Source of the DNA: Mobula hypostoma
Taxonomy: Eukaryota
Reading direction: 5' to 3'
Length of the DNA: 64,000 nt
NCBI RefSeq assembly: GCF_963921235.1
Contig: NC_086118.1
Span: 18,974,001 to 19,038,000 of the forward strand
Shown here: positions 1 to 11,604 of the stretch, in pieces
Position numbering within the stretch: position 1 is the stretch's first letter
Layout: each line of letters starts with the position of its first letter
Program-made: the position numbers and the translations under genes
The notes under the pieces: generated by a model
Database searches by the model: none
The model's input: the letters and a program-made list of their open reading frames with translations, nothing else
What the model was told of the DNA's origin: nothing

Positions 1-330
1 AGTCAGAGGCTTCTTCCCGGGGCTGAAGTGGCTGACATGAGGGGGCATAGTTTTAAGTTGCTTTGAAGTAGGTACAAGGGAGATGTCAGAGTTAAGTTTT
101 TCACACAGAGAGTGGTGAGTTTGGGGAATGCACTGCCAGTGAAGGTGATAGAGGCAGATAGAATTGGGTCTTTTAAGAGAGTCTTAGATAGGTACATGGA
201 GCTTAGAAAAATAAAGGGCTATGCGGTAGGGAAATTCTTGGCAACTGCTAGAGCAGGTTATATGGTCGGCACAACATTGTGGGCCGAAGGGCCTGTAATG
301 TGCGGTAGATTTTCTATATTCTATGTTCTG
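1..330 (+). mobile_element. CR1 LINE 3' end (truncated by window edge)
   Basis: Encodes the end of ORF2 (...IGSFKRVLDRYM), then a 3' UTR ending in ttctatattctatgttct. Same family as 9882-11604 and 54383-57835. Confidence 0.85.
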
Positions 331-454
331 TCGTATCATCGCACCTATATCAGGAGGGAGCCCTGAACTTATAGGAACAAAACCAGTTCATATTAGACCC
401 AGGACGTACTGCAGCAAAACTGGCAAATCAGAGATGCCTAAAGAAGCTATTTTT

Positions 455-792
455 CCAAATAAATGCTTCTCGGGCTTCCAGATGGGTACAGGTATCAATT
501 ATAACTGGCGTTTCGATGCCAAATTCTGCCATCTCCATCTGGGATGAAGCACTGTAAAAAGGCACTGGGCTTTGTTCACATCAGTTACCATAGTTTCACG
601 GCTTAATTATGGGTTTTTCACCCTTTTGTTAATAACTGTGCTCAGAAAACGTTGGCAATTGTAACTTCGCTATTTATTCCTGATGAAGATGGTGAAGTGT
701 GTCGTTGAAACGTTGGTTATAATCAACACCTCTACCTGGAAGCCCGAGAAGAGTTTATTCATCATATAGACTGGGAAAGTAGTTGATCTTTT
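455..792. repeat. Penelope-derived element with inverted terminal arms
   Basis: The arm at ~458-547 (cttctcgggcttccag...cgtttcgatg...ccatct) is an imperfect reverse complement of ~676-770. The same architecture recurs at 62345-62656. Confidence 0.6.
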
Positions 793-980
793 TAAAAACT
801 TTTTTTTTTGCCTGAAACCAAAATGGTCATCTTCTAGAATAAGAACCAAAAATGGCACTGAGTTTTGCTCACATCGGCCATCCTAGTTTCACGGCTTACT
901 TGTGGGTTTTTCACCCTTTCTTTAATAACTATGCTCGGAAAATGTTGGCAAGTGTTGGCAAGTGTGACTTCACTATCTCC
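557..980 (+). repeat. ~120-bp diverged direct repeat (557-675 and 848-980)
   Basis: Both copies read ggcactg..tttg.tcacatc..tagtttcacggctta..gggtttttcaccctt..taataact.tgctc.gaaaa.gttggcaa. Confidence 0.75.
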
Positions 981-1039
981 ATGCTTGCTATTACTCATGA
1001 GCAAGACAAAAAGAGTTAAGAAATATCAAGAAAGATCAT

Positions 1040-2990
1040 TAGAAAATCTGCAGATGCTGGAAATCCAAAGCAACACACACGTAATGCTGGAGGAACTCAG
1101 CAGGTCAGGCAGCATCTTTGGAAAAGAATAAACAGTTGATGTTTCAGGCTAAGACCCTTCATCAGAAAGAAAGGGGAGAGGTCAGAGTAAGAAGGTTGAG
1201 GGAGGGGAGGAAGAAGTACAAGGTGGCAAGTGATGGATGAAACCGGGAGAGGAGGAGGGGGTGGTGTAATGAGCTGGGAAGTTGTTTGGAGAAAGAGATA
1301 AGGGCTGGAGAAGGGGGAAATCTGATAGGAGAGGACAGAACACCATTGAAGAAATGGAAGGGGGAGGAGTATCAGAGGAAAGTGATGGGCAGCTAAGGAG
1401 ATAAAGTGAGAGAGGGAAACAGGAATGGAGAATGAATGGGGAATGGGGAAACTACTTCACCATTTAGTTCCAGCCAGCACAGCATCGTTGCACGACCTGC
1501 TTTCTGTAGATCTGTAGAAAGAGTTGAGAGGGTGTACTTGACTTAATAACCGTTAAATTGCATGAACTCGTTCTGTGCCACGAGTCAAAGGGAACTGTTG
1601 GGCACCCTGGTTGCTAACAGAAAAAGAAAAGGGGTGGGGCAATTACCGGAAGTTTGAGAAATCGTTGATCATGCCATCAGGTTGGAGGCTACTCTGACAG
1701 AATATAAGGTGTTGCTCCCCCAAACTGAGTATGGCTTCATCACGGGAGCTGACCAGGCCATGGACTGACATGTCAGAATGGGAATGGGAAGTCGAATTGA
1801 AATGGGTGGCCACCGGGAGATCCTGCTCTTTGTGTCGGACGGAACAAAGCAGTCTCCCAATGTACGTAGGGCCTCACCGATATACAGGAGGCCACATCAG
1901 GAGCACCAAATACAGTAGATGACCCCAATAGATTTGCAGTTGAAGTGTTGCCTCACCTGGAAGGACTGTTTAGGATCCTGAATGGTAGTGAGGAAGGAGG
2001 TGCAGGGGCAGGTGTGACACTTGTTCTGCTTCCAAGGATAGGTTCCAGGAGGGATGAGTAGACAAGGAAGTTGCGTAGGGAGCGTTTCCTACGGAAAGTG
2101 GAACGTGGTGGGGGGAGGGCGAGGAAGGGAAAGATGTGTTTGGAGTGGGGAGAAAAATGTGTTTGGTGGTAGGATCCCATTGGAGATGGTGGTAGTTAAG
2201 GAGAGTTCTGTGCTAAATGCGAAGGCTAGTGGGGTTGTAGGTCAGTACAAGTAGAATCCTTTCTCGGGCATAGCGGCGGGAGGATGGGGTGAAGGCAGAT
2301 GTGTGCAAAATGGAAGAGATGCAGCATTGATGGTGGAGGAAGGGAGGACCCTCACTTTGAAGAAGGAGGCGGTCTCAGTTGTTCTGGAATGAAAAGCCTC
2401 ATCCTGAGAGCAGATGTTGTAGAGGCAGAGAAACTGAGAGAACGGGATAGCATTTCTACAAGTGACAGAGTGGGAAGTGTAGTCCAGACTGCTGTGAGAA
2501 TCAATGGGTTTATAAAAGATATTAGTAGAAAGACCGTCTCTGGAGATGTAGAGAGAGAGATCGAGAAAGGGGAGAGAGGTGTGGGAAATAGACAAAGTAA
2601 ACTGGGGAATTTGGAGGCAAAGTCGATGAAATTGATGAGTTCAGCACGGGTGCAGGAAGTGGCACCAATGCAGTTGTCGATGTAGCGTAGGCTGAGTTGG
2701 TGAACAATGCCAGTATAGGCTTGGAACATAGACTGTTCCATGTAGCCGACAAAAAGATAAGCATAGCTGGGACCCATGCACGCACCCATGGCTACACCTT
2801 TTGTCTTAAGGAAGTAGGAGGAGCCAAAGGAGGAATTATTGAGGGTGAGGTCCAGGTGCATGAGACAGAGGAGAGCGATGGTGGAGGGAAACTGGTTAGG
2901 TCTGTTGTCCAGAAAGAAGCAGAGAGCTTTAATCCACTCTTAATTGTGGATAGAGGTCTATAGGGACTAGACATCCAGAAAGAAGCAGAG
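1040..2990 (-). mobile_element. Penelope-like retroelement (degenerate RT + GIY-YIG endonuclease)
   Basis: Minus ORFs give KGVAMGACMGPSYAYLFVG..LRYIDNCIG (RT) and STNIFYKPIDSHSSLDYTS (Penelope C-terminal RT region). A GIY-YIG-like VIYCIWC..CGLLYIGE lies near 1870-1930, and the terminal repeat segment at ~1040-1165. Confidence 0.85.
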
Positions 2991-5059
2991 AACAAGAAAA
3001 CATGCCTTGAAGAAGCTCACTGATCATTAAAATGTTCATAAATAGTATTCTAAGTATTAGGGTGCTCTCTGGAAATGTTATTTGCTGAGTGTTAAAGAGT
3101 ACGAAAGGAATTAGGAATTATTATGCTTTATATTAACATATTCTTGACTTCAATTGGAAAATACAGAAATGTAGCCAGTACATAAAGTACATAAGATAAA
3201 CAGGCTTATCACTAAGACAACTGCTATATCAACATTCCAAATATAAATCAGATTGTTGCTAGTCACCATGTAAATAATAAGAGAACTGCAATTCATTTAT
3301 AATTGTTTTGCTTCTGTTGTGCAGCAGGTACACAGAGTACAGGACTAAGTTCCCTTACAATACCCTCAGGGAGCACTCATTCCCCAGTGCAAAGATCAGG
3401 AAAAATCAGGAGGAAATCCAGCAAAATGAATCCTTTTTACATTCTCGGCATCTCAGGGGAACAGACTGCCCAAGAGTGCTGATAGCTTAACCTGTATTAA
3501 ATGCTGACCCATGGTGTCTATGTCATGGTGTGCACAGCGCTCCCCCTTTCCCTACATTCTCTTTCTTCACTCTACAAGCTGTCAAAGACAGTAATTTGTA
3601 CTTTTTCTGACCTCCATACCTGCTCCAGTATGTCAAGATCAAATCTGAAATTCTAGCTGTTGTCCCTTCGTCAGCAATTGATGGTCTTGACCTTGGAGTT
3701 TAATACAAGTTCAAAAATAGTTAAACTTTATATCTAACTGATTGGGCACTGTGGTGTCAAAGAAATAGGACCCAAATTAACCACAATCTCATTCAATGGT
3801 AACATAGACTCAGAGGACTGAATAAGTTGCTCTTGTTCCAATAGAGCTATGGCCAATTGTCAGACTTTAACTGCCAGCATCATCAACAATAAGTCCCAAT
3901 TCTTCACGTTCTACATAATGAACAAAATTGAGTTACTCACCACCCCCATTCTTCAGTGACAAGCCTACTGTCCTTGCCTGACATTTTTTGTGTGCGTTAG
4001 CTCTCCAGCAGAAGTCAGGAGTCCACAGAGGGAGAGACCCTCTATGGGACCCTTCTTAGGACACTTACAACACCTTTAAGCCCAATCTAAATGGACCTTG
4101 CAAGTACTGCTCAGAGCAAGGTCAAAACTGGGATACTGCTGGGTTTGAGGCAAACTTCTAATCAATTGGAAAGGCCTTAATGTTTCAATTTAAAAGACTG
4201 ATTCAACTTACATTTGCTTCTTTCATAGTAAAACATGCAAAGTACAAGAGTATCAATAACATGTCAACTTACAACAATGATTTGCCAATCAGTTCATTCA
4301 GCTCTTTGTAAAGCATCATTTTCAACAAATAATTTACCTTGGTAGCAAAATTGGATTGCATGGAATCATGTATTTTCACATTGCATTAAGCAACTTCATT
4401 GAAGACTCTATTTTTATAAAAGATTAGGCAATTTGCACAGTCTGAATTTTTTTTCTTCTGCATCTTTTGTGTATTCTGCATGTAACAGAGACCCCTGGAC
4501 ATGTAGATGGGTATACAGTTGTGTGCAATGCATATTTGCATATCATTTTCATAACTTTCAGCTGCACTAAGCTATCCCTAGAGCAGTCTGCCCGAAGAAG
4601 ACTTCCAGTGCTCTTTAAAGGGAGCTCTCGAAGAGACCCCAGGACAGTACTGAGAACCTGATACGCATAAGTGCCCTTTGTGGACTTACCCAGTTCTCTC
4701 TTGGAACTCTGACTGCACAGCCATGAGATATCACCTTACTCAGCCACCCCCTGAAGATGACAGGTCGCACCAGACTACGCCCAAGTCACTGATCTCCCAA
4801 ACTAACTCCCCACGCTCTAATCTCCTGACCTGACTGTTGGAATCATCTCTCCCGACATGGCTATCCCAACCAAAGATTTCAATCTTCCACCATCACCAAT
4901 CACTGGCAGCTGAAGCTGCCCCTAATTACAATCCCACCAGTTTGAGTCTCAGTAAGTGCCCTACTTCTCTGACATACTTTAAGGTATTCTCCAGATTTAT
5001 CATCCTTTGTAAATTATTTCCTTACTTTCACAAGGTCAGATACTCTGCTCTTTTGCAAA

Positions 5060-5575
5060 GTGGAGCATAGAACTCAGAACAGTACATCCCAGGAATATAT
5101 CCATATCCCTCCATTTCCTGCATATTCATGTACCTATCTAAAGTGCCCAAACATCACTGTTGTATCTTCTTCCACCACTGCTGCTGGTACTGTATTCCAA
5201 GCACCTAACACTCTCTATGCAAAAAAAATACCTGCGCATCCCCTTTAAATGTTCCCCCTGTCGCCCTAAAGTTATGCTCTCTAATATTCAATATTTCTAT
5301 GCTGGAAGAAAGACTTGGCCTATCTACCCTATGCATTCCTCTTACAATTGTGTGCACTTCTATTAGGTCACTCCTAAGCCTCTAAATAAAACAATACAGG
5401 TTTGTCCAAGCTCTTGATAGCCTATGCATTTCAATTCAGGCAACGTCTTGGAGAATCTCTTCTGCACCATCTCCAATACCTCCACATCCTTCTTGTAATG
5501 GGGACTAGAAATGCACACAGTACTTTTATGTGGTCTAACTGATGTTTTATACAGTATAGTTGAACATGACATTAG
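5060..5575 (-). mobile_element. Old CR1 LINE 3' fragment
   Basis: ORF 5363-5572 (LYKTSVRPH..SPHYKKDVEVLEMVQKRFSK) is a typical CR1 ORF2 C-terminus. Confidence 0.8.
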
Positions 5576-6693
5576 TTGACATTATTTACATGTGATATTT
5601 TTCAGAAACATTTGCTGGGACAAAGTAATTCACATAGATGGTCAAAAAGCTTCCGAGGAGACAGATCCTAGACCACAATCCTAGACCACAATTAATGCTG
5701 TGAGGGCTGACTATAGGAGTACACAAATATCCCAATAATTTATTGATCAACCTGTGACCATGTTTGAAGTGCTAAGCCATGAACTCAGTCTGGTCTGCAA
5801 GTTTCCTTGAGCTCAGTCACAATAATGTTGTCTGGTTTGATGCAGGCCAGTTAACATAACCCCATTGTCTTATGCTGAATAGACATGGGCCCACAAGACA
5901 TCACTGTTTACTTGTTTACAACAAGAAACTGAACAAGGAATATTAATTAGAAGTTTAACTTTGTCACAAACAACTTTAACCCTTAGAAAAGGTCACAATG
6001 CTGTAGTTGAAAGCTGAGGTCAGCAAAATGTGTCTTGGGCCCCGGAACATGAATATCTTTCACACCTGTTGACTTATATCTCTGCATGCTCTGACTGTAT
6101 ATCTGTTTCTCTAGCTCCCCCTAGCTATTGGGAGGCTTAGAGTATAACTCATCATAGTAACAGACCTTTCTTGTTCCTGAGTTCCCAGCATATGATCTCA
6201 TTGAATGAGCCTTTAAGGATGCCCCCTTCTCCTTCGGCTGTGACACTCTCCTGAAACAGCAGTACAACTGCTCACCAATTTGACATCTCTCTGCATCATA
6301 TCTGAAACCTCTATACACTCAATCATTGAGTCGCCAGTCCTACCCTTCTCTCAACCAAGTTTCTGTGGTGGCTGCAATGTTATAGTTCCTTGCAATAATC
6401 CAGACACTAAACTTATCTGCTTTATATGTTTTACTCCCTGCATTAAAAATAAAATGCACTTTAGATAATTATTCCTGTCATGTTCATTACCTTGGCCCTG
6501 CCTGTTTTTCCTGTTAGGCTTACTTGACTTACCTTCCTCAATCCCATCATTTTCAGGCCTACTGCTACAGCTCCAGCCATTCTGCCACATTAGCTTAATC
6601 CATTCCAAGTTGCAGTGGCAAACCTCCCAAAGCGATTGGTTGCTCTGGAGAATTCAGAGATGGACAGAAGGCCAGAATTGGATAAGCACCAGA

Positions 6694-7105
6694 ATTCTGA
6701 CTGGCTGCATCACCATCTGGTATGGGGGTGGAGGCTACTACATGGGATCAAAGTGAACTGCAGAGAGTGGCAAAATTAGTTTGCCCCATCATGAGAACTA
6801 GCCTCTGTAGTATCCAAGACACCTGCAAGGAGCAGTGACTCAGAAAAGTGGTGTCCATTATTAAGGGCCCCCATCACCCAGGCCATGCCCTCTTCTCGTT
6901 ACTGCCATCAGCAAGGAGTCTGAAGGCACACACTCAATGATTCAGGAACAGCTCCTTCCCCTCTGCCATCTGATTTCTAAATGAATATATGTTTACTGTA
7001 ATTCAGTCTTTTTTTTTCTTTTTTCATCATGTACTGCTGCCACTAAGTTAACAAATTTCATGACATACGCCAGTGATATTAAACCTGATTCTGATTCTGA
7101 TTCCG
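6694..7105 (+). mobile_element. Rex1/Babar-type LINE 3' fragment
   Basis: Encodes ILTGCITIWYG and HPGHALFSLLPS and ends in an aaacctgattctgattctga tail. Homologous to 48441-49600. Confidence 0.7.
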
Positions 7106-8091
7106 ATTTTGTAATGTTGTAGCAGGTGGAGAGAGCAAGAAGCAAGGCAGTGTTTTAAACTCAAGTTGAAACACAAAGGCAAATCTTTCAGAATCTACAG
7201 TACTGTTGGATGGAGAGACAGAGATGATCAGAAAGGACTAATGCATGGATGGGTATGTATGACTGAAAGATAAAGTGATATAATGTTTATGTGAACTTCA
7301 TTACCTCTTCTATAAAGGGAAGAGCCCAAATTAAGCTTTCTAGGAAGCAGTGCCAATGTGTAGCAAACTCCAGATGTTGGATGAAAGCCTGGGATGGACA
7401 CCCCAGCCCAGGACGTGGAGGCAGCTCTTGGAGCAGATGGAACCTGTACTGGGCAGGAATAGGGGAGACAGAGCTCTTAGAACAGACCAGCCTCAACTGC
7501 TTAAACGCCTCAGTGGAGAATAACTGATCATAGGCTTTAAAACTATTTTAAAAATTGGCCGAAATAGATTGAAAAACATCAGTAATAGACTCAGGATGGC
7601 CTGTGTAAGTGTAAGGTATTAAGAATAAAATAAATACGTTGTAATTATATGCAAGTGTGGCATAATAGCAATTACTGAAGTCTGGCTGACAAAGGCTGGT
7701 GATGAATATAGTATTAAAAGATAAACTTAGGAAAGATGGGCAAGATCATAAAGGTGGAGGAGTAGCCATACACAGAATAGAGAATTTAAATGTGGGGCTG
7801 CTTAAGATAGGAGATGAATTGAGGCTTAGTGAAGATATCTGGATGAAAATTGAAAGCTATAAGTATAAAGGAATAACATTAGGTGTATGTTATAGACTCC
7901 ATAGCGCAGATAGTGATTTTTTTGAGCAACTCTATCAGAATATTAAGAACACAAGTTCTGAGGGTAATGTTATAGTTATAGAAGACTTTAATTTCCCAAC
8001 TATTGTGTGGGAAAACCCAGTGACTAATGGTTACAGGAAAGGGAATTAATTGAGTTATTGAATGATTGATTTTTGACTCAGTATGTTAATG

Positions 8092-8996
8092 CAGTGGTCC
8101 CCAACCACCGGGTTGTGGACCCCGGTACCAGGCCACAAGGAAACTATGATTAGATTATTAGATTAGATTATGAGGACATGCAGTCCTCTTTTATTGTCAT
8201 TTAGTAATGCATGCATTAGGAAATGATACAATGTTTCTCCAGAATGATATCACAGAAACACAAGACAAACCGACTGAAAAACTGACAAAAACCACATAAT
8301 TATAACATATAGTTACAACAGTGCAAAGCAATACTGTAATTTGATGAAGAGCAGACCATGGGCATGGTAAAAAGTCTCAAAGTCTCTTGAAAATCCCATC
8401 ATCTCATGCAGACGGTAGAAGGAAGAAAAAAAACTCTTCCTGCTATGAGCTTCCAGCGCTGCAAACTTGCCGATGCAGCACCCTGGAAGCACCCGACCAC
8501 AGCCGACTCTTGAGTCCGTCCGAAAACTCCAAGCCTCCGACCAGCCCTCTGACACCGAGCACCAAGCACCATCTCTACCGTGTGCTTTGACCCCGGCCCC
8601 GGCAACAGGAAATAGGCAAAGCTGGGGATTTGGGGCCTTCCCTCCGGAGATTCTCGATCGCACAGTAGCAGCGGCCGCGAAGCGGGCATTTCAGAAGTTT
8701 CTCCAGGCGTTCCTCCGTGTTTTTTCACGGCTGTCTCCATCAAATCAGGATTGTGCACGGCCCCTAGTTAACACATACGATATCATTCGGAACGGCCACT
8801 CGCACTGCGTCGTGCCACCATCTTCTCCTCCCTCCTGATTCGGCGATATGAAACGATATGAGTCAGCTGCACCTGTCCTCATTCCCTGTCATGCACTGTT
8901 GAACTTGAACATCTCACCACCCTCCCGCCAGCCGGTCCTCAAGAATATTGCCAATGTTAAACCGGTCCACGGTGCAAAAAAAGTTGGGGACCCCTG
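8092..8996. mobile_element. hAT (Charlie-like) MITE
   Basis: TIRs cagtggtccccaac / gttggggacccctg, with a perfect 8-bp TSD tgttaatg at 8084-8091 and 8997-9004. Confidence 0.85.
8152..8835 (-). mobile_element. Non-autonomous non-LTR element with (TCTAA)n tail, nested in the MITE
   Basis: Minus strand starts ggagggaggagaagatgg and ends caataaaagagg..cataatctaatctaat. Possible TSD tgatt. Second copy at 45371-45998. Confidence 0.7.
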
Positions 8997-9881
8997 TGTT
9001 AATGCACCAACAAGAGAAGAGGCTTGTCTACATCTGATAGTCTTTAATAATCAGGATAGAATTTTGAGTACGGAATATGTTGAGCCTTTAGGAACAAGTG
9101 ATCATAACATTGTTAGTCTCCAAGTGTTTTGGAAGAGGATATCAGTAAAAACCAAAGCCTTTAAATTGAATTTCAAAAGGCAAATTTTGTGCAGATGTGG
9201 CAAAGACTTCAGAAGGTAAACTGGAAGGAACTGCTTGATGTAGAGTCAGTTCAGGAACAATGAGGTCAATTAAAGAGGTAATACACTGAGTGCAGGAAAT
9301 GTTCATTCCCAAGGTTGGGAGAAGCAATAAAAACAATAGATCAACTACATGGATGAATAAAGATATATATAAAAATTATTGAAGACAGCTACATAAGGAA
9401 TACAGAAAAAAAATAGTAAAGATGTTAACTGTAGGGCATATGAAAATATGAGAGCTCTAGTCAAGAAGGAAATTCAGATTGCCAAAAGGCAGATTTAGAA
9501 GGAGATTGTTGATAATGCTAAGATTGACCCGAAGGGATTTTTTCAATACTTTAGGAGTAAAAGAAGAGTCAAGGAAAGGAGTTGTGGTTTGGAATAATAG
9601 TGTGGTGTTAAATTAGGCAGAAAACAACATAGTAGATACTTCACTTGTGAAGATGTTAGCAAAATGCCAGTAAGTGTAGAGAAAAATAAGGTTGTTTTAA
9701 GTGACTTGGAGATATCAGAAAGTGAGGTCTTGCTTGAGCTAAAAAGGCTGAAAGTTAATAAATCTCCAGGGCCAGACAACATACAATATACACAAGAGTA
9801 CTTTAAGAGGAGTGAGGTTATATGTACAAACCCCTAACATATATTTTTCAAAAGTCATTGAAGACTGGTGAAATCCCTAAG

Positions 9882-11604
9882 GACAGTGGAAAAGTATGTA
9901 TGGAACCAGAGGAGATAGGAAAGGTACTTAATGAATACTTTGCTTCAGTATTCACTGCGGAAGAGGATCTTGGCGATTGTAGGGATGACTTACAGCAGAC
10001 TGAAAAGCTTGAGCATGTGGATATTAAGAAAGAGGACGTGCTGGAGTTTTTGGGAAGCATCAAGTTGGATAAGTCACCGGGACCAGATGAGATGTACCCC
10101 AAGCTACTGTGGGAGGCAAGGGAGGAGATTGCTGAGACTCTGGTGATGAGCTTTGCATCATCATTGGGGATGGGAGAGATTCTGGAGGATTGGGGTGTTG
10201 TGGATATTGTTCAATTATTCAAGAAAGGGAATAGAGATGGCCCAGGAAATTATAGACGAGTGTGTGGTCTTACCTCAGTGGTTGATAAGTTGATGGAGAA
10301 GATCCTGAGAGGCAGGATTTATGAACATTTGGGGAGGCATAATTTGATTAGGGATAGTCAACATGGCTTTGAGGATGTGACTAAATACATTGATGAAGGT
10401 AGAGCAGTAGATGTAGAGTATATGGATTTCAACAATGCATTTGACAAGGTACCCCATGCAAGGCTTATTGAATGAAAGTAAGGAGGCATGGGATCCAAGG
10501 GGACATTATTTTGTGGATTCAGAACTGGCTTGACAAAGAATGCAAAGAGTGGCTGTAGGTGGATCATATTCTGCATGGAGGTTGGTGACCAGTGATGTGC
10601 CTCAGGGATCTGTTCTGCGACCCCTACTCTTCGTGATTTTTATAAATGACCTGGATGAGGAAGTGGAGAGATGGGTTAGTAAATTTGCTGATGACACAAA
10701 GGTTGGGGATGTTGTGGATAATGTGGAGGGCTGTAAGAGGTTACAGTAGGATATTGATAGGATGCAAAACTGGGCGGAGAAGTGGCATTTGAAGTTCAAC
10801 CCAGATCAGTGTGGGGTGGTTCATTTTGGTAGGTCAAATATGATGACAGAATATAGTATTAATGGTAAGACTCTTAGCAGTGTGGAGGATCAGAGGGATC
10901 TTGGGGTCCGAGTCCATAGGACACTTAAATCTGCTGTGCAGGTTGATTCTGTGGTTAAGAAAGCATATGGTGCATTGGCCTTCATCAATCGTGGGACTGA
11001 GTTTAGGAGCTGAGAGGTAATGTTGCAGCTATATAGGACCCTGGTCAGACCTCACTTGGAGTACTGTGCTTAGTTCTATTCGTTTCACTACAGAAAGGAT
11101 ATGGAAACCATAGATAGGGTGAAGAGGAGATTTACAAGGATGTTGCCTGGATTGGGGAGCATGCCTTATGAGAATAGGTTGAGTGAAACTCCGCCTTTTT
11201 TCCTTGGAGCGACGGAGGATGAGAGGTGACCTGATAAAGGTGTATAAGATGATGAGAGACATTGATCGTGTGGATAGTCAGAGGCTTTTTCCCAGGGCTG
11301 AAATGGCTCACATGAGAGTGCACAGTTTTAAGGTGCTTGGAAGTGGGTACAGAGGAGATTTAAGGGGTAAGTTTTTTTATGCAGAGAGTGGTGAGGGCAT
11401 GGAATGGGCTGCCAGCGACGGTGGTGGAGGCGAATACGATAGGGTTTTTTAAATGACTCCTGGACAAATACATGGAGCCTCAAAAAAATGGAGGGCTATG
11501 GGTAACCCTTGGTAACTTCTAAGGTAAGGACATGTTCAACACAGCTTTGTGAGCCAAAAGGGCCTGTATTGTGCTGTAGGTTTTCTATGTTTCTATGTTT
11601 CTAT
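9882..11604 (+). mobile_element. Younger 5'-truncated CR1 LINE inserted in the older CR1
   Basis: RT ORF pieces ([35 protein letters not shown]) and a (tttctatg)n tail. The host CR1 resumes at 'gactggaaa'. Confidence 0.9.

Noticed and set aside
3308..3500. Possible SHISA6 exon 2 (minus-strand acceptor-like tacag near 3492-3496)
   Set aside because: The translation shows no resemblance to the expected ALADILRQQGP-type sequence.
4480..4960. Possible old L2 fragment (also ~15880-16200)
   Set aside because: Pyrimidine/purine skew suggests decayed LINE, but the motifs are too eroded to support a call.
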